A DNA stretch of 64,000 nucleotides from Mobula hypostoma (lineage: Eukaryota), in contig NC_086097.1 of the NCBI RefSeq assembly GCF_963921235.1, positions 215,514,001-215,578,000 on the forward strand, in the 5' to 3' direction. The notes below the pieces were generated by a model. That model was not told the DNA's origin. It ran no database searches and saw nothing but the letters and a program-made list of their open reading frames with translations. This document shows, in pieces, positions 26,297 through 38,559 of this stretch. Position numbers and translations under genes: made by a program. The first letter of the stretch is position 1; each line of letters starts with the position of its first letter.

Positions 26297-26959
26297 TTGA
26301 CACTCCAGAGTAGGAGGTGCCAATTTTCCAATGAGAGACGAAACCAAGGTGCCACCTACACTCTCAGATGGATGTCAAAGATCCCTTGGGTGGTCTCCTT
26401 GAAGAGTTGCTCTCCTGGACAATATTTACCCCTGAGAGAACTTCAAAAAATAGTTTATAACAACACTACTGTTTATGGGAGAATGCTGTGCTCAAATTGC
26501 AACAGAAATAACAATTCAAAACTACTTCATTGGCTGTAGAACATTTTTGGAAGTCCTGAAATGGACATGAAAGATGATGAAAAATCTACCTCTTATTTTT
26601 CAGTATGTTGTTCTTGCAAAATGCTGGCAGGACAGGATATCCTTGTCAGCCAACTGATTCCTGAGCTGCTCTCTTATCTTCCACCCACAGTTTAAGAATC
26701 TCTATATTCACTCTGCGTCTATTTTTATTTTGATGATATTTGTTTCTCCCCATTAAACAAACCAGTTAACTGTCTACTGTTTTAGTTTTATTACTCCACA
26801 AGATGCCCAATTTCTCTTAGGTTTGTGTATGCTCTTTATTCTCATTAATTTTATTCCCCAAATCTGTTACTCACAAACTACTAGGTTCTCTTCACCTGAG
26901 AGAAGCTGAAAGACATTCAGCACTTTGACATTTTAGATTGTTCAGAAGGACTTGGACAT

Positions 26960-27400
26960 TCTCACTTTTGATGCCATCAGCAGCTGTTTGAATATTGTAA
27001 ATTGGTTAACACAGACTGTCAAAGAGAAAATCCTATTAAGACCAGCATTGGGTTTGTCAGCACATAGTTTTCCTTTGCTGAAATAAAGCAAGATGAGTAA
27101 TGAATTGAAATGCCACTTGGAAATGGGAAAAGTTTGTCTTTTTGCCCAGGTTAAAGCTTTGATCACAGTGACAAGACAAGTCTTAAATCTTCAGTGAGCG
27201 GCCCAGTTTTGCAAACATATCCTTGATTTGACATGCACCACACTCTGCGTACCACACACATACACACATTTTCCCTATGCTGATAAAGTGATACTCACTC
27301 ACCTTGTTTTATTTAAGTCTTGTGACAAAAGCCTGCTGCTTTGTAAAAAGGAAAGTTAAAGAAAATATTTGAATACCTGCTTAAGCCAGATATAGCTTTC
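26960..27400. promoter_or_regulatory. Putative conserved non-coding element
   Basis: Unique non-coding block with repeated TGACA/TGTCA, a CTTTGATC (TCF/LEF-like) site and E-boxes. Inference from motif content only. Confidence 0.25.
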
Positions 27401-28555
27401 TAAGTATTCTTAACTGAGCTCAGCAGAAAATTTAATGATGTTCTGGCCAACTTATTTATTGTGAATAGAAGATTGTGAATAAAGATTCTGCTTGGGCTAG
27501 ATGATTTTTTTAAATATCAAAATTAGAGGTGGACTACTGTTTGTATGGTATCTGCATCTTCTAACCATCAATATGTCTATGATGTGAATTTGTGAATACA
27601 ACACCCAAGGTTCAGGTCTGAGGAGCTTTGTAACACTCTCTCATTATCTATGCAACAACAGGCTAACAGGTAGACAAATGTATTTTTCTTTGAGCATGAA
27701 AGGAGTTGCCATAATTCTGTGGGCACTCCAGACTATTGACCCTCAGCTAAAAAGCAGACATTACTGTCAAAAATACATTGATGTTGCACATGTTGTCCAA
27801 GTTCAAAACAGGCACAGAAATATCCAACACAGATGAATGAATACTTGCACATTGCTTGGAGTGTTCCATGTATCATATTGGTGGAGTCTCAGGGACCTAC
27901 ACAGAGAATCAATTTCAAGCCTTTACTATTGCAGATAGGTAGTCCAAAGTGATTGTTGGAAATGGACTGACGTGAGTGGGCTGCTTGTGTTTACAATAAC
28001 CAAATCTGCATTCAATCTAATCAACAAATCATAAAGGGATTTCCAGAGGTATTTTATATAAAAAATACCTCATCATGAAGATGAACAAAGATGGAATGTT
28101 CCTCTCTCTAAGCATCTCAGAGACCCAGTAACTTCTGATTGACTCATTCCCTCCGCGTAACTTCTGTCCTCTTCCACACATGACAGCCTTTGAAATTTAT
28201 TCATGCTTCACTGGTTAGTTGCCAAAGGATGTGTCAGTAGAAGCTAAAAGTAGAACAATAGCAGTAAGTCTCAGCCTGATCCAATAAAATACAGAGATAG
28301 TCTGATGTATTGAGTCTGATTTGGTTAGCTTGATTCAAGAACTTTGAAGGAGTCATTGTGGATGGGTTATTTTGCTCCATTATGTTATGATACTGTTATT
28401 GCTTTGGAGGAAGACAGCTGCTAACTCAACTCAAATGAGCAATCATGTTAATTGGAATGGCTTTGTCCAGCTCAGCATATTTTACAAAAAAAATCCTCAC
28501 ATAAACTACATTTTCACAGAACTTTACATATTGATTCAAACATTTTAAGATCTCA

Positions 28556-30891
28556 TCTATATACTACTAAAACTCTCATGCTCTGTTTGTTTGTGACCTC
28601 CAATTAGCCCAAACGGTGAATTACAGCGGCACTTTTTTTGACTAAAGCGACTTAAAGTGTACTAACTTACAGAATGCATGCCAAGTTCAGGGTTATATAC
28701 TCGTATAAAATTGCTCACTCGCCAAAATCAACAGGCTCCGCTTTCCACAACCCGAGCTTTAATGGAAACCGCAACGTGACACCACGACGCGTGTGCACGG
28801 CCAGCCCCAGCAGCACCGCACGATGCTCAGCGACACCAACCGCAGCAAAAGGGCAGGGCTATCACATCCATTCAGGAGAGCGCCAACCATCTCATCAAGA
28901 AAAATCAGCATCCTGGAGGTTTTGGTGTTACTGCTTCGTATCTTCTATCCAGCGTTAGGGTAAAAAAAATATGGTCAGCCTAATTATACCGCGTGGAAAG
29001 GGAAGGGGGACATTATGGTCAAGAGATGATGCCAAACGTCGTTGGGAAGTGGCAAGGAGAGGGAAAGAACAAAATTTGGATGAGGCCAGGGCCACATGAC
29101 TCCAGGATCAAAGAGTCAGGACAAAAAAGATGAGAGAAGAGACAGAGGAGGAGAGGCATGCACGTCTCCAAAATGACAACAATAGGCACAGACGGAGGAC
29201 AGAACAAGAATTGGATCAGGCCGGGGCCGCACGACACCAGGATCAGAGAGAAAGAACAAATAGTAGAAGAAATGAAGAGACGAAGGATGAAAAGGCCGCG
29301 CATCTCCAGAATAACAAAAACAGGCAGAGAAGGAGGAGAGAGGGAGAGACAGAGGAGAAGAGGAAAGATCAACTCGAGAACATGTGGCAAAGAATGCCCT
29401 ATTGAATAATGAGCAAAGAGAAATATATGAATATGTGTGCGACTGCTTGGAAAGGAATCTTTCTTCAATGATTTTCATCAGTACACCAGAAGGAATGGGC
29501 AAGACATTTATCATCAACTTGATCCTCGCTGAAGTTAGGTGAGATGGAGGTATTGCTATTCCTGTAGCATCATCAGGTATTGCAGCAACATTGATGCTTG
29601 GTGGTAGGACAGCACACATTCAAGTTTCAAAATACCCCTCAAAGTCAATGAAGATGCCCTTTGTAACATCAATAAAAACATCAATACTGCAAATTTACTC
29701 CAAAATGCAAGGCTTATTGTCCGGGATGAGTGCCCCATGATTAGGAGGGAGAGCTTCAAAGCCATGGTCCAGACTCTTCATGATGTATGCGGCAAGAATG
29801 AGGCCTTCGGGGGTACTTTAACCATTTTCTGTGGCGATTTCCATCAGCTTCTAGCAGTTGTGAAATGCGGAAATGATACTGATGTGGAGAATTCATGCAT
29901 AAAAAAATCCTACTTGTGGAGAAGCTTCATCAAGTTTCAATTGAAAAGAAACATGTGATTGAGTGAGGGAGAAGGACGAGATTCTGAGTTCTTGTTGGAT
30001 GTTGGAGAAAACAAGATTGAGAAAAATGAAAACGATGAAATGGAATTACCTGAAGATATGATTCTGTCAGCAAAAACTATGGAAGAATGCATTGATTTCA
30101 TCTACCCGACATTTGACAATCCCACAGAACTGTTCTCGAGGAATTCTATCTTGGTTCCTCTCAATGAAATGATGTGAAAAATAAACTTCACATGCATTAG
30201 ATGCTTCCCTGGAATCATGAAAGAATACTGTTCCTTCAATGCCGTAAGTGAAGGAGCTAACACCACTCATTTTCCAACAGAATTCCTTGATTCGGTCAAA
30301 CTCTCTGGATTGCCACCACATAAACTGGAATTGAAGAGGGGATCTCCCATCATTTCAATGAAGAACTTGGATCCACCAAGGCCTTGCAATGGAATGCGAA
30401 CGAGGGTGGAAGAACTGCATGACAATCTTATTGTAGCAAAGATAAACATTTGTGCGTTCAAAAATGACATTGTCATGATCCCAAGAAATACTCTCAATTT
30501 AGCAAAAGGGGAAGATGTCCCTCTTCAGCGGAGCCAGTTCCCGATACAGTCATGCTTTGCTATGACTATACACAAGGCGCAAGGCCAGACCATGGAGAAT
30601 GTGTTGATTTATTTGGAGAAACCGGTATTCCAGCATGGTGAGCTGTATGTGGCTTTAAGCAGGGGAAAAAGAAATGAAAACGTTAGATTATTCCAGAAGG
30701 GTGGCAGATCAACCAGAAACGCTGTCATCAAAAGTGTCCTTCGTTAAATGAGGAGGAGCTATATTTGCCTTGCTACGCGTTTTTCTTCTTTAATAAACTG
30801 AGTTTTTCTTCTTTAATTTCCAAAGCACATTACATCAGACTACACTACATTTCTCTCAAAGGGTGCCCCGACGGGTCACCCAGTTGTCTAG
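28556..30891 (+). mobile_element. Helitron, non-autonomous internal-deletion derivative (2.3 kb)
   Basis: 5' TC preceded by A (28555), 3' CTAG (30888-30891) followed by T, no TSD, and a subterminal hairpin gggtgccccgacgggtcaccc at 30861-30881. Contains a PIF1-family helicase. Confidence 0.93.
28986..30747 (+). pseudogene. Helitron RepHel remnant: STPR-like repeats joined directly to a PIF1-family helicase, with the Rep/HUH domain absent
   Basis: Repeats ETEEERHARL, ETKDEKAAHL and ETEEKRKDQL, followed by LNNEQ, degenerate Walker A TPEGMGKT, ASSGIAATL, DECPM, GDFHQL, FAMTIHKAQGQT and GELYVALSR. Several stops and frameshifts. Confidence 0.9.
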
Positions 30892-31055
30892 TTTTATATT
30901 AAAGTTTGCAATACTAAACTCAGATGCATATTGTTTTGTTTGCAACCTATGAACTGGTTGTTGTGTTACCAAATTAAATTAGAAAAAAAATAGGGGCAAC
31001 TATTTCCTCAAATAGCAATTTGATATCCTCATTTCTGAGAGCTTAGAATTAAATT

Positions 31056-33444
31056 GTGGGGGATTTTAACATGCGAGTAGATTGGAAAAATCAGGTCGGC
31101 ACTGGATCTCAAGAGAGAGAATTTGTAGAATGTCTGCGAGATGGCTTTTTAGAACAGCTCATTGTTGAGCCCACTAGGGGATCGGCTGTACTGGATTGGG
31201 TATTGTGTAATGAACCGGAGGTGATTGGAGAGATTGAGGTGAAGGAACCCTTAGGAGGCAGTGATCATAACATGATTGAGTTCACTGTGAAATTAGAAAA
31301 AGAGAAGCCGAAATCTGATGTGTCGGTGTTTCAGTGGAGTAAAGGAAACTACAGTGGCATGAGAGAGGAACTGGCCAAAGTTGATTGGAAAGAGACACTG
31401 GCAGGAAAGACGGCAGAGCAGCAGTGGCTGGAGTTTATGCGAGAAATGAGGAATGTGCAAGACAGGTATATTCCAAAAAAGAAGAAATTTTCGAGTGGAA
31501 AAAGGATGCAACCGTGGTTGACAAGAGAAGTCAAAGCCAAACTTAAAGCTAAGGAGAGGGCATACAAGGAAGCAAAAATTAGTGGGAAGACAGAGGATTG
31601 TGAAGTCTTTAAAACCTTACAAAAGGAAATCAAGAAGGTCATTAAGAGAGAAAAGATTAACTATGAAAGGAAGCTAGCAAATAATATCAAAGAGGATACT
31701 AAAAGCTTTTTCAAGTATATAAAGAGTAAAAGACAGGTGAGAGTAGATATAGGACGGATAGAAAATGATACTGGAGAAATTGTAATGGGAGATGAGGAGA
31801 TGGCAGAGGAAGTGAACAAGTATTTTGCATCAGTCTTCACTGAGGAAGACAGCAGGATACCGGACATTCAAGGGTGGCAGGGAAGAGAAGTGTGCGCAGT
31901 CACAATTACGACAGAGAAAGTACTCAGGAAGCTGAATAGGCTAAAGGTCGATAAATCTCCTGGACCAGATGGAATGCACCCTCGTGTTCTGAAGGAAGTA
32001 GCTGTGGAGATTGCGGAGGCATTAGCGATGATCTTTCAAAAGTCGATAGATTCTGGCATGGTTCCAGAGGACTGGAAGATTGCAAATATCACTCCGCTAT
32101 TTAAGAAGGGGGCAAGGAAGCAAAAAGGAAATTATAGACCTGTTAGCTTGACATCGGTGGTTGGGAAGTTGTTGGAGTCGATTGTCAAGAATGAGGTTAC
32201 AGAGTACCTGGAGGCATATGACAAGATAGGCAGAACTCAGCATGGATTCCTTAAAGGAAAATCCTGCCTGACAAACCTATTACAATTTTTTGAGGAAATT
32301 ACCAGTAGGCTAGACAAGGGAGATGCAGTGGATGTTGTATATTTGGATTTTCAGAAGGCCTTTGACAAGGTGCCACACATGAGGCTGTTTAACAAGATAA
32401 GAGCCCATGGAATTACGGGAAAGTTACATACGTGGATAGAGCGTTGGCTGATTGGCAGGAAACAGAGAGTGGGAATAAATGGATCCTATTCTGGTTGGCT
32501 GCCGGTTACCAGTGGTTTTCCACAGGGATCAATGTTAGGGCCGCTTCTTTTTACATTGTACATCAACGATTTGGATTATGGAATAGAGGGCTTTGTGGCT
32601 AAGTTTGTTGATGATACGAAGATAGGTGGAGGGGCCGGTAGTGCTGAGGAAACGGAGAGTCTGCAGAGAGACTTGGATAGATTGGAAGAATGGGCAGAGA
32701 AGTGGCAAATGAAGTACAATGTTGGAAAGTGTATGGTTATGCACTTTGGCAGAAAAAAATAAACGGGCAGACTATTATTTAAATGGGGAAAGAATTCAAA
32801 GTTCTGAGATGCAATGGGACTTGGGAGTCCTCGTACAGGATTCCCTTAAAGTTAACCTCCAGGTTGAGTCGGTAGTGAAGAAGGCGAATGCAATGTTGGC
32901 ATTCATTTCTAGAGGAATAGAGTATAGGAGCAGGGATGTGATGTTGAGGCTCTATAAGGCGCTGGTGAGACCTCACTTGGAGTACTGTGGGCAGTTTTGG
33001 TCTCCTTATTTAAGAAAGGATGTGCTGACGTTGGAGAGGGTACAGAGAAGATTCACTAGAATGATTCCGAGAATGAGAGGGTTAACATATGAGGAACGTT
33101 TGTCCACTCTTGGACTGTATTCCTTGGAGTTTAGAAGAATGAGGGGAGACCTCATAGAAACATTTCGAATGTTAAAAGGCATGGACAGAGTGGATGTGGC
33201 AAAGTTGTTTCCCATGATGGGGGAGTCTAGTACGAGAGGGCATGACTTCAGGATTGAAGGGCGCCCTTTCAGAACAGAAATGCGAAAAAATTTTTTTAGT
33301 CAGAGGGTGGTGAATCTATGGAATTTGTTGCCACGGGCAGCAGTGGAGGCCAAGTCATTGGGTGTCTTTAAGGCAGAGATTGATAGGTATCTGAGTAGCC
33401 AGGGCATCAAAGGTTATGGTGAGAAGGCGGGGCAGTGGGACTAA
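31056..33444 (+). pseudogene. CR1 ORF2 (partial endonuclease plus reverse transcriptase) with a single +1 frameshift
   Basis: ORFs 31056-32762 and 32719-33444 join if one A is removed from the A7 run at 32753-32759. Motifs NYRPVSLTS, YLDFQKAFDKVPH, PQGSMLGP and KFVDDTK. Confidence 0.92.
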
Positions 33445-33541
33445 ATAGGATAAAATGGATCAGCTCATGATAAAATGGCGGAGCAGACTCGATGGGCCGA
33501 ATGGCCTACTTCTGCTCCTTTGTCTTATGGTCTTATGGTCT
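31056..33541 (+). mobile_element. Young 5'-truncated CR1 LINE
   Basis: Begins inside the APE endonuclease (GDFN...SDHN), has a complete RT region, and ends in a 3' UTR gggccgaatggcctacttctgctcc with a (cttatggt)n tail. Confidence 0.95.
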
Positions 33542-34353
33542 AAAGCACATTTGTACATTACTTCCTGAGGCTGCCAAAGGGAGACGGCAAAACAATATGT
33601 TAAAGACATGCTAAAGCATGAAATCCATAATGAAAATTAAACACGAAATACTCAGTGCTGGCGAGTTATCTAGAAATAAAACAATACAAAATAACATGAT
33701 GTTTTCAGATCTGTGAAATGTAGGCATGTGCACAATATGGGAATATCCTTTTTATGTGTCCAACTCTCATTGTGAAGCATGTTAATGCTAATGCAACAGG
33801 ATTTCACTGCGTGCATACCACAAGCAAAGAATGATACATTTGAAAGTGTTTTTCATATCTGTATAAATAATACCTCTACACCAATTTGTTGGCACCATGC
33901 AGTAGCTTGCAATAAGCAAACCTCCTCAGTTTTTTGTGATTGTTCTCATTGTGACACTATGACTCACTCACATTACATGTTAACAAATGAAATACTGGTA
34001 AATATCCTGTTATTTATTGCATAAATTTAGCTGGAAAATGCAACATAGTAGCTGAGAAAACAATCTTTATATTTCTCCCTCTTTATATCTTTATATTTTC
34101 TGGGTTAAGTGCAGGCACCAGAATTAGCCTTCACTAGTAGCTAGGCAGAAGAGAAGTTTAAACCCTAAAGGAAACCTATAAAATCACAGCAAGGTGGCGA
34201 TGGAATTTCTTATCATCCTCATCCAGAGTGCAGACAACATAGAACCAAGCAAGAGCTTTTATATATTGAATGTGAGTACGAAGTACAGAGTGTCAGTCAT
34301 TATGATGTAGAACTTCAAGACAATGAAATTGGTCATGGCCCTCTCAAACAAAA

Positions 34354-34650
34354 GTGGCAGCATTGTAGGGTAGCAGTTAGTGTGACACTATTACACCTCA
34401 GTCCATCGAAGTTCTGAGTTCAATTCCCGCGTCCTCTGTAAGAAAGTCTAAATGTTCTCCCTGCGTGCACATGGGTTTCCTCCAGGTGCTCTGGTTTCTT
34501 CCCACAGTCCAAAGACGTGCCAGGTAGTACAGTAATTAATCATTGTAGTCTGTCCTGTGATTAAGCTGAGGGTGAATCGGTGTGGCTCAGTGGGCTAAAA
34601 GGGCCGGATTGGCACTGTATTTCTAAATAAAATAAAGTAAAATAAAATAA
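34354..34650 (+). mobile_element. tRNA-derived V-SINE (HE1-like)
   Basis: B-box gagttcaattcc, V-domain gggtttcctccaggtgctctggtttcttcccacagtccaaagac, and a (taaaa)n tail. Paralogous to 11326-11610. Confidence 0.82.
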
Positions 34651-34904
34651 ATATTTAATTTCTGAAACTGACCATCCCGGTTTTTATTTCATTGAAAGTC
34701 GACTGAAAAGAGATCAGACACAAGATAAATGGGCTGTCAGTTTGCTGTGAGCCTTTTCACAGAGCTGGCATTGTCCAATATCACCCTTAGACCATACATT
34801 CTGTTGATGTTAGATTGCTTTGCAGTCCTCTGCATAAAGCCATATTTCTTTATCAATGTTACACAACAACATTTACGTATTTTATATCATAGTCAAGTTA
34901 CATT

Positions 34905-35160
34905 TCTTCTTCTTAAGCAGTCCCTCTGGGGTCAAGGATAGCTTGCCTCCACTTCAGCATGCCAATTCTGAGGTGGTAGATGATACCAACAGGAGACTTG
35001 CAGACTCTGCAACAGACGGGCCAGGAGGTGTTCAGTGGACCAGGCAGCTAGGTAATTAGAGAGATGGGTTATATCCACGTACCCCCAACAAATGGACTCA
35101 AGGCCTTTCAATGCCATTCCAAGACATCCTTCGCCCTTACTGCAATAGCATCGGACCTCC
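34905..35160 (-). mobile_element. RTE LINE 3' end fragment
   Basis: cttcttctt ((GAA)n tail on the minus strand) followed by a gcagtccctctggggtcaaggatagcttgc RTE-like 3' UTR. Recognised by resemblance only. Confidence 0.5.
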
Positions 35161-35569
35161 TCAGTGTAACATTTTCCATTCTCTCTCCAAAGGATAATGC
35201 TGTTCGAGGGAGTTAGTACATTTCCCCCATGATTGCATGGTTTTCCTCCAGGTACTCCAGTTCCCTCCCACAGAGATGAATGGGTTAGAAGGTTAATTGG
35301 TCACATGGGTGTAACTGGCTGGCACAGGCTCATCGGGCTGGAAGAGCCTATTACCACATTGGATACTTGCCTCAGCATAATATTTTGTCCATATTGATGC
35401 CGTCCATAATCTATCCTCAAAGTTATAGTATCCAATCTCCAACTCTGCATTTTGTTCCGAATACTCTGCTCAGTTTTTCGCAATCTTCACACTGCCCCAA
35501 GTATAAAGAAGTCTATACTCTACATAACCTGACCTATATGTAATATTCTCCATTATATGGTTGTAATAG

Positions 35570-36120
35570 CTGGGGTGGTAGTGGGGACAAGCTCCCACTA
35601 CATATTAAATGCTTCCAATAGCAGGCACCTCAAATAGCCTCTGACAACGAAGTCCAGCTCCTGGTCTTCACATGTGGCCTAGTTACTAAGTCTGGTGGAA
35701 CCATTTCTACTGATAGGAAAAGGGGCAAAGGCAGGTTATTGGCACCTTAGAACCAGTTGCTTTGGGCAGATGGGGCTTGTGAGCCGTGATTGGCAGCTCA
35801 TATAGGAGAAGGAAAACTCTGATCTCAAACCTCTGTTGCCTTGTGGCTATACCCAGTCATGGGGAAGGCTTCAGGAGTAAACTCCAAGGGAAAAATCCAG
35901 AGCTGGAGTCACTAAAGCAGTCTTACATTGTTCAATGCTGACTGACAACTCCTGTGATGCTGGTGGTGCCAAATTGTATCGGTCTCTGCCTTTCCTTTGG
36001 GTTCATCAGATGCGTGGAGATGAGGAATGTGCTTGCTCTTCATATTGTATTGCCCTGGATTGTGCATGTAGACAGCTAGGATGCAATATCCATTGATGAA
36101 CCGGACCGACAGAGGCCTCA
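35570..36120 (+). mobile_element. RTE-related non-autonomous element (5' UTR-derived)
   Basis: 5' hairpin gtagtggg-gacaagct-cccactac and the RTE 5' UTR-like motif taggagaaggaaaactctgatctcaaacc. No ORF. Confidence 0.55.
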
Positions 36121-36469
36121 CTTATGACCTCAGCATAATGAAGGGCCAGATTTATTACCCCTGCTCCTATTTCTTACCATGAGCTCCATGTAATGTTCTC
36201 CATTCCTTGACTTTAGTATTAAGTTCTTGGTACCCTGATCACATTGAATGCCCCTCATACTCTACTATAGGAGTAATGCTCACTAGACTCTAACATCACA
36301 CTCTAGAGTGTGATACTCTCCAGACACCATGTGCTTGGTGTGTTGCTATCCAAACGACATCTACCGTTACGTCCCTGCAATGATTCCGACATTCTCTCCA
36401 CATTATTAGGCTCTTCATAATCTGACTTCAATGTAGTGATGGTTCCCCAGAATGTCTCAAGTGTAATCA

Positions 36470-36741
36470 GAAACACAAGAGATCCTGCAGATGCTGGAAA
36501 TCCAGAGTAATGCACCAAAAATGCTTGAGGAAGGTCAAAGAAAGGAAAAACCATAAACGTTTTGGGCCAAGACTCTTTGTCAGGACTGACAGACCTCATT
36601 TAATGTTAAAAATGAGGAAGCCTGCAGATGCTGGAAATCCAAAGCAACACGAACAAAATGCAGGAGGAATACAGCAGGTCAGACAGCATCTGTGGAAATG
36701 AATAAACAGTCAAGGTTTCAAGCTGAGACCTTTCTTCAGGA
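36470..36741 (-). mobile_element. Two adjacent short Penelope-like terminal fragments, each ending just past a degenerate hammerhead
   Basis: Both start with ctgcagatgctggaaatcc and end at caggact. The second copy (36608-36741) has a 13-bp TSD ctcatttaaTGtt (36595-36607) / ctcatttaaCAtt (36742-36754). Confidence 0.82.
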
Positions 36742-36779
36742 CTCATTTAACATTGTTTGTACTCTGCTCTCAGGATAAT

Positions 36780-38530
36780 TTTGAGAGAAAGGTTTGCTAG
36801 TGCTGCAAGGGGTGTGGAGGCTTAAACTGGAGGGGCACGGGTGTGGGGACCAGAGTGTCAGAACAGATGGTGGAGTGGTTGTGCAGAAAGATGTTGTTAA
36901 GCCCACATACAAAGTCAGGAATCAAAAGGTTGATCATGGTGGGACAAATGTTCTGAGCTGAATATATTTCAATCCATGGAGTATGTTCGGAAAGGCGGAT
37001 GAGCCTAGGGCATGGATCTGTACATGGAGTTATGATATTGTAGCCATTTAGTGAGATTTGGTTGCAGGAGTGGCAAGACTAGAAGCGCAATGTTCTGAGG
37101 TTCAGTTGGATTAGCTGTGATAGAGCCGGAGGGATTAAGGGCGGAGGGGTGGCATCACTAGTCAAGGAAAATGTCACGGCAGTTCTCAGTCACAAACAAG
37201 AGAAAATCTGCAGATGCTGTAAGTCCGAGCAACACACACAAAATGCTGGAAGAACTCAGCAGGCCAGGTAGCATCTAGGAAAAGAGTACAGTTAATGTTT
37301 CAGGCTGAAACCCTTCGGCAGGACTGGGGAAAAAAAAACTGACAAGTAGATTTAAAAGGTGAGGAGAGGGGAGACAGAAACAAAAGGTGATAGATGAAAC
37401 CTGAAGGGAGAGGAGATGAAATAAAGAGCTGGGAAGTAAATTGGTGAAGGAGACAGAAGGCCATGGGACAAAGAAAATGGGGGAAGAGCACCAGAGGGAG
37501 CTGATGGGCGGGCAAGGAGAGAAGGTGAGAGAGGGAAATGGTGGAAAAGAGAGGGGATGGTGGACACTACTGGAAGTTTGAGAAATTGATGTTCATGCCA
37601 TCACTTTGGAGGCTACCCAAATGGAATATAAGATGTTATTTCTCCAACCTAAGTGTGGCTTCTTCATGACAGCGGAGGACGTGTTCCCAGAAAGGATATA
37701 TGGCTGTAGTAGTGGGTCAAAAAAATGGCAGATGGAATTTAATGCAAGCAAGTGTGAGGTTTTGCACTTTCGGAGGACTAGTCAGGGTAGGTCTTACATG
37801 GTGAGTGATAGGGCATTGAGGAGTGTGATAGAACAGAGGGATCTGTCAGTAATCCATAATTCCTTGAAAGTGGCATCACAGGTTGATAGGATCATTAAAA
37901 AACCTTTTGGCACATTGGCCCTCATAAATCAATGTACTGAGTACGAGAGTTGGGATGTTATGTTGAGATTGTATAAGATGTTGGTGAGGCCTAATTTGGA
38001 GCATCGTGTGCAGCTTTGGTCACCTGACTATAGTAAGTATGTAACTAAGATTGAAAGAGTGCACAGGAAAGGTATAAGGATGTTGCCAGGACTTGTGGAT
38101 CTCAATTATTTAGGAAAGGTTCGGTGGGTTAGGATAACATGGAAAACTGAAGGAAGATTTGATAGAACCATATAAAATTTTGAGGGATATAGATAGGAAA
38201 AATGCAAGCTGGCTTTTACCACTGAGGTTGGATGAGACTACAACTAAAGGTCAGAGGTTAAGGGTGAAAGGTGAAATGTTTAAGGGGAACATGAGAGGTA
38301 ACTTTTTCACTCAGAGGGTGGTGAGAGTGTGGAATGAGCTGCCAGTGCAAATGGTGGATGTGAGTTCAATTCCAACATTTCAGAGAAATTTGGATAAATA
38401 CATGGATGGAAGGGATAAGGAGAACTATGGTCTGCATGCAGGTTGATGGGACTTGGTAGATTAATGGCTGACATGGACCAGATGTGCCATTGGACCTGGC
38501 TCTGTGCTGTAGTGTTTGATGACTCGATGA
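36780..38530 (+). mobile_element. Degenerate CR1 LINE (ORF1 end, ORF2 start and 3' part) interrupted by a PLE at about 37191-37680
   Basis: Endonuclease-like start near 36950, then KWQMEFNASKCEVLHF, LVRPNLEH and NFFTQRVVRVWNELP. The PLE carries the variant core CTGCCGA at 37289-37326 (minus). Confidence 0.85.
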
Positions 38531-38559
38531 TAATGGTGCTCTCTACTTTGTTAGGCATG

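Noticed and set aside
29390..30747. Host PIF1 helicase gene
   Set aside because: It is intronless, disrupted by stops and frameshifts, and enclosed by Helitron termini.
35570..35720. HDV-like ribozyme at the 5' end of the RTE-related element
   Set aside because: RTE 5' ends can carry these, but I could not build the P1/P2/P3 nested pseudoknot by eye from this decayed copy. A descriptor search on the family consensus would decide it.
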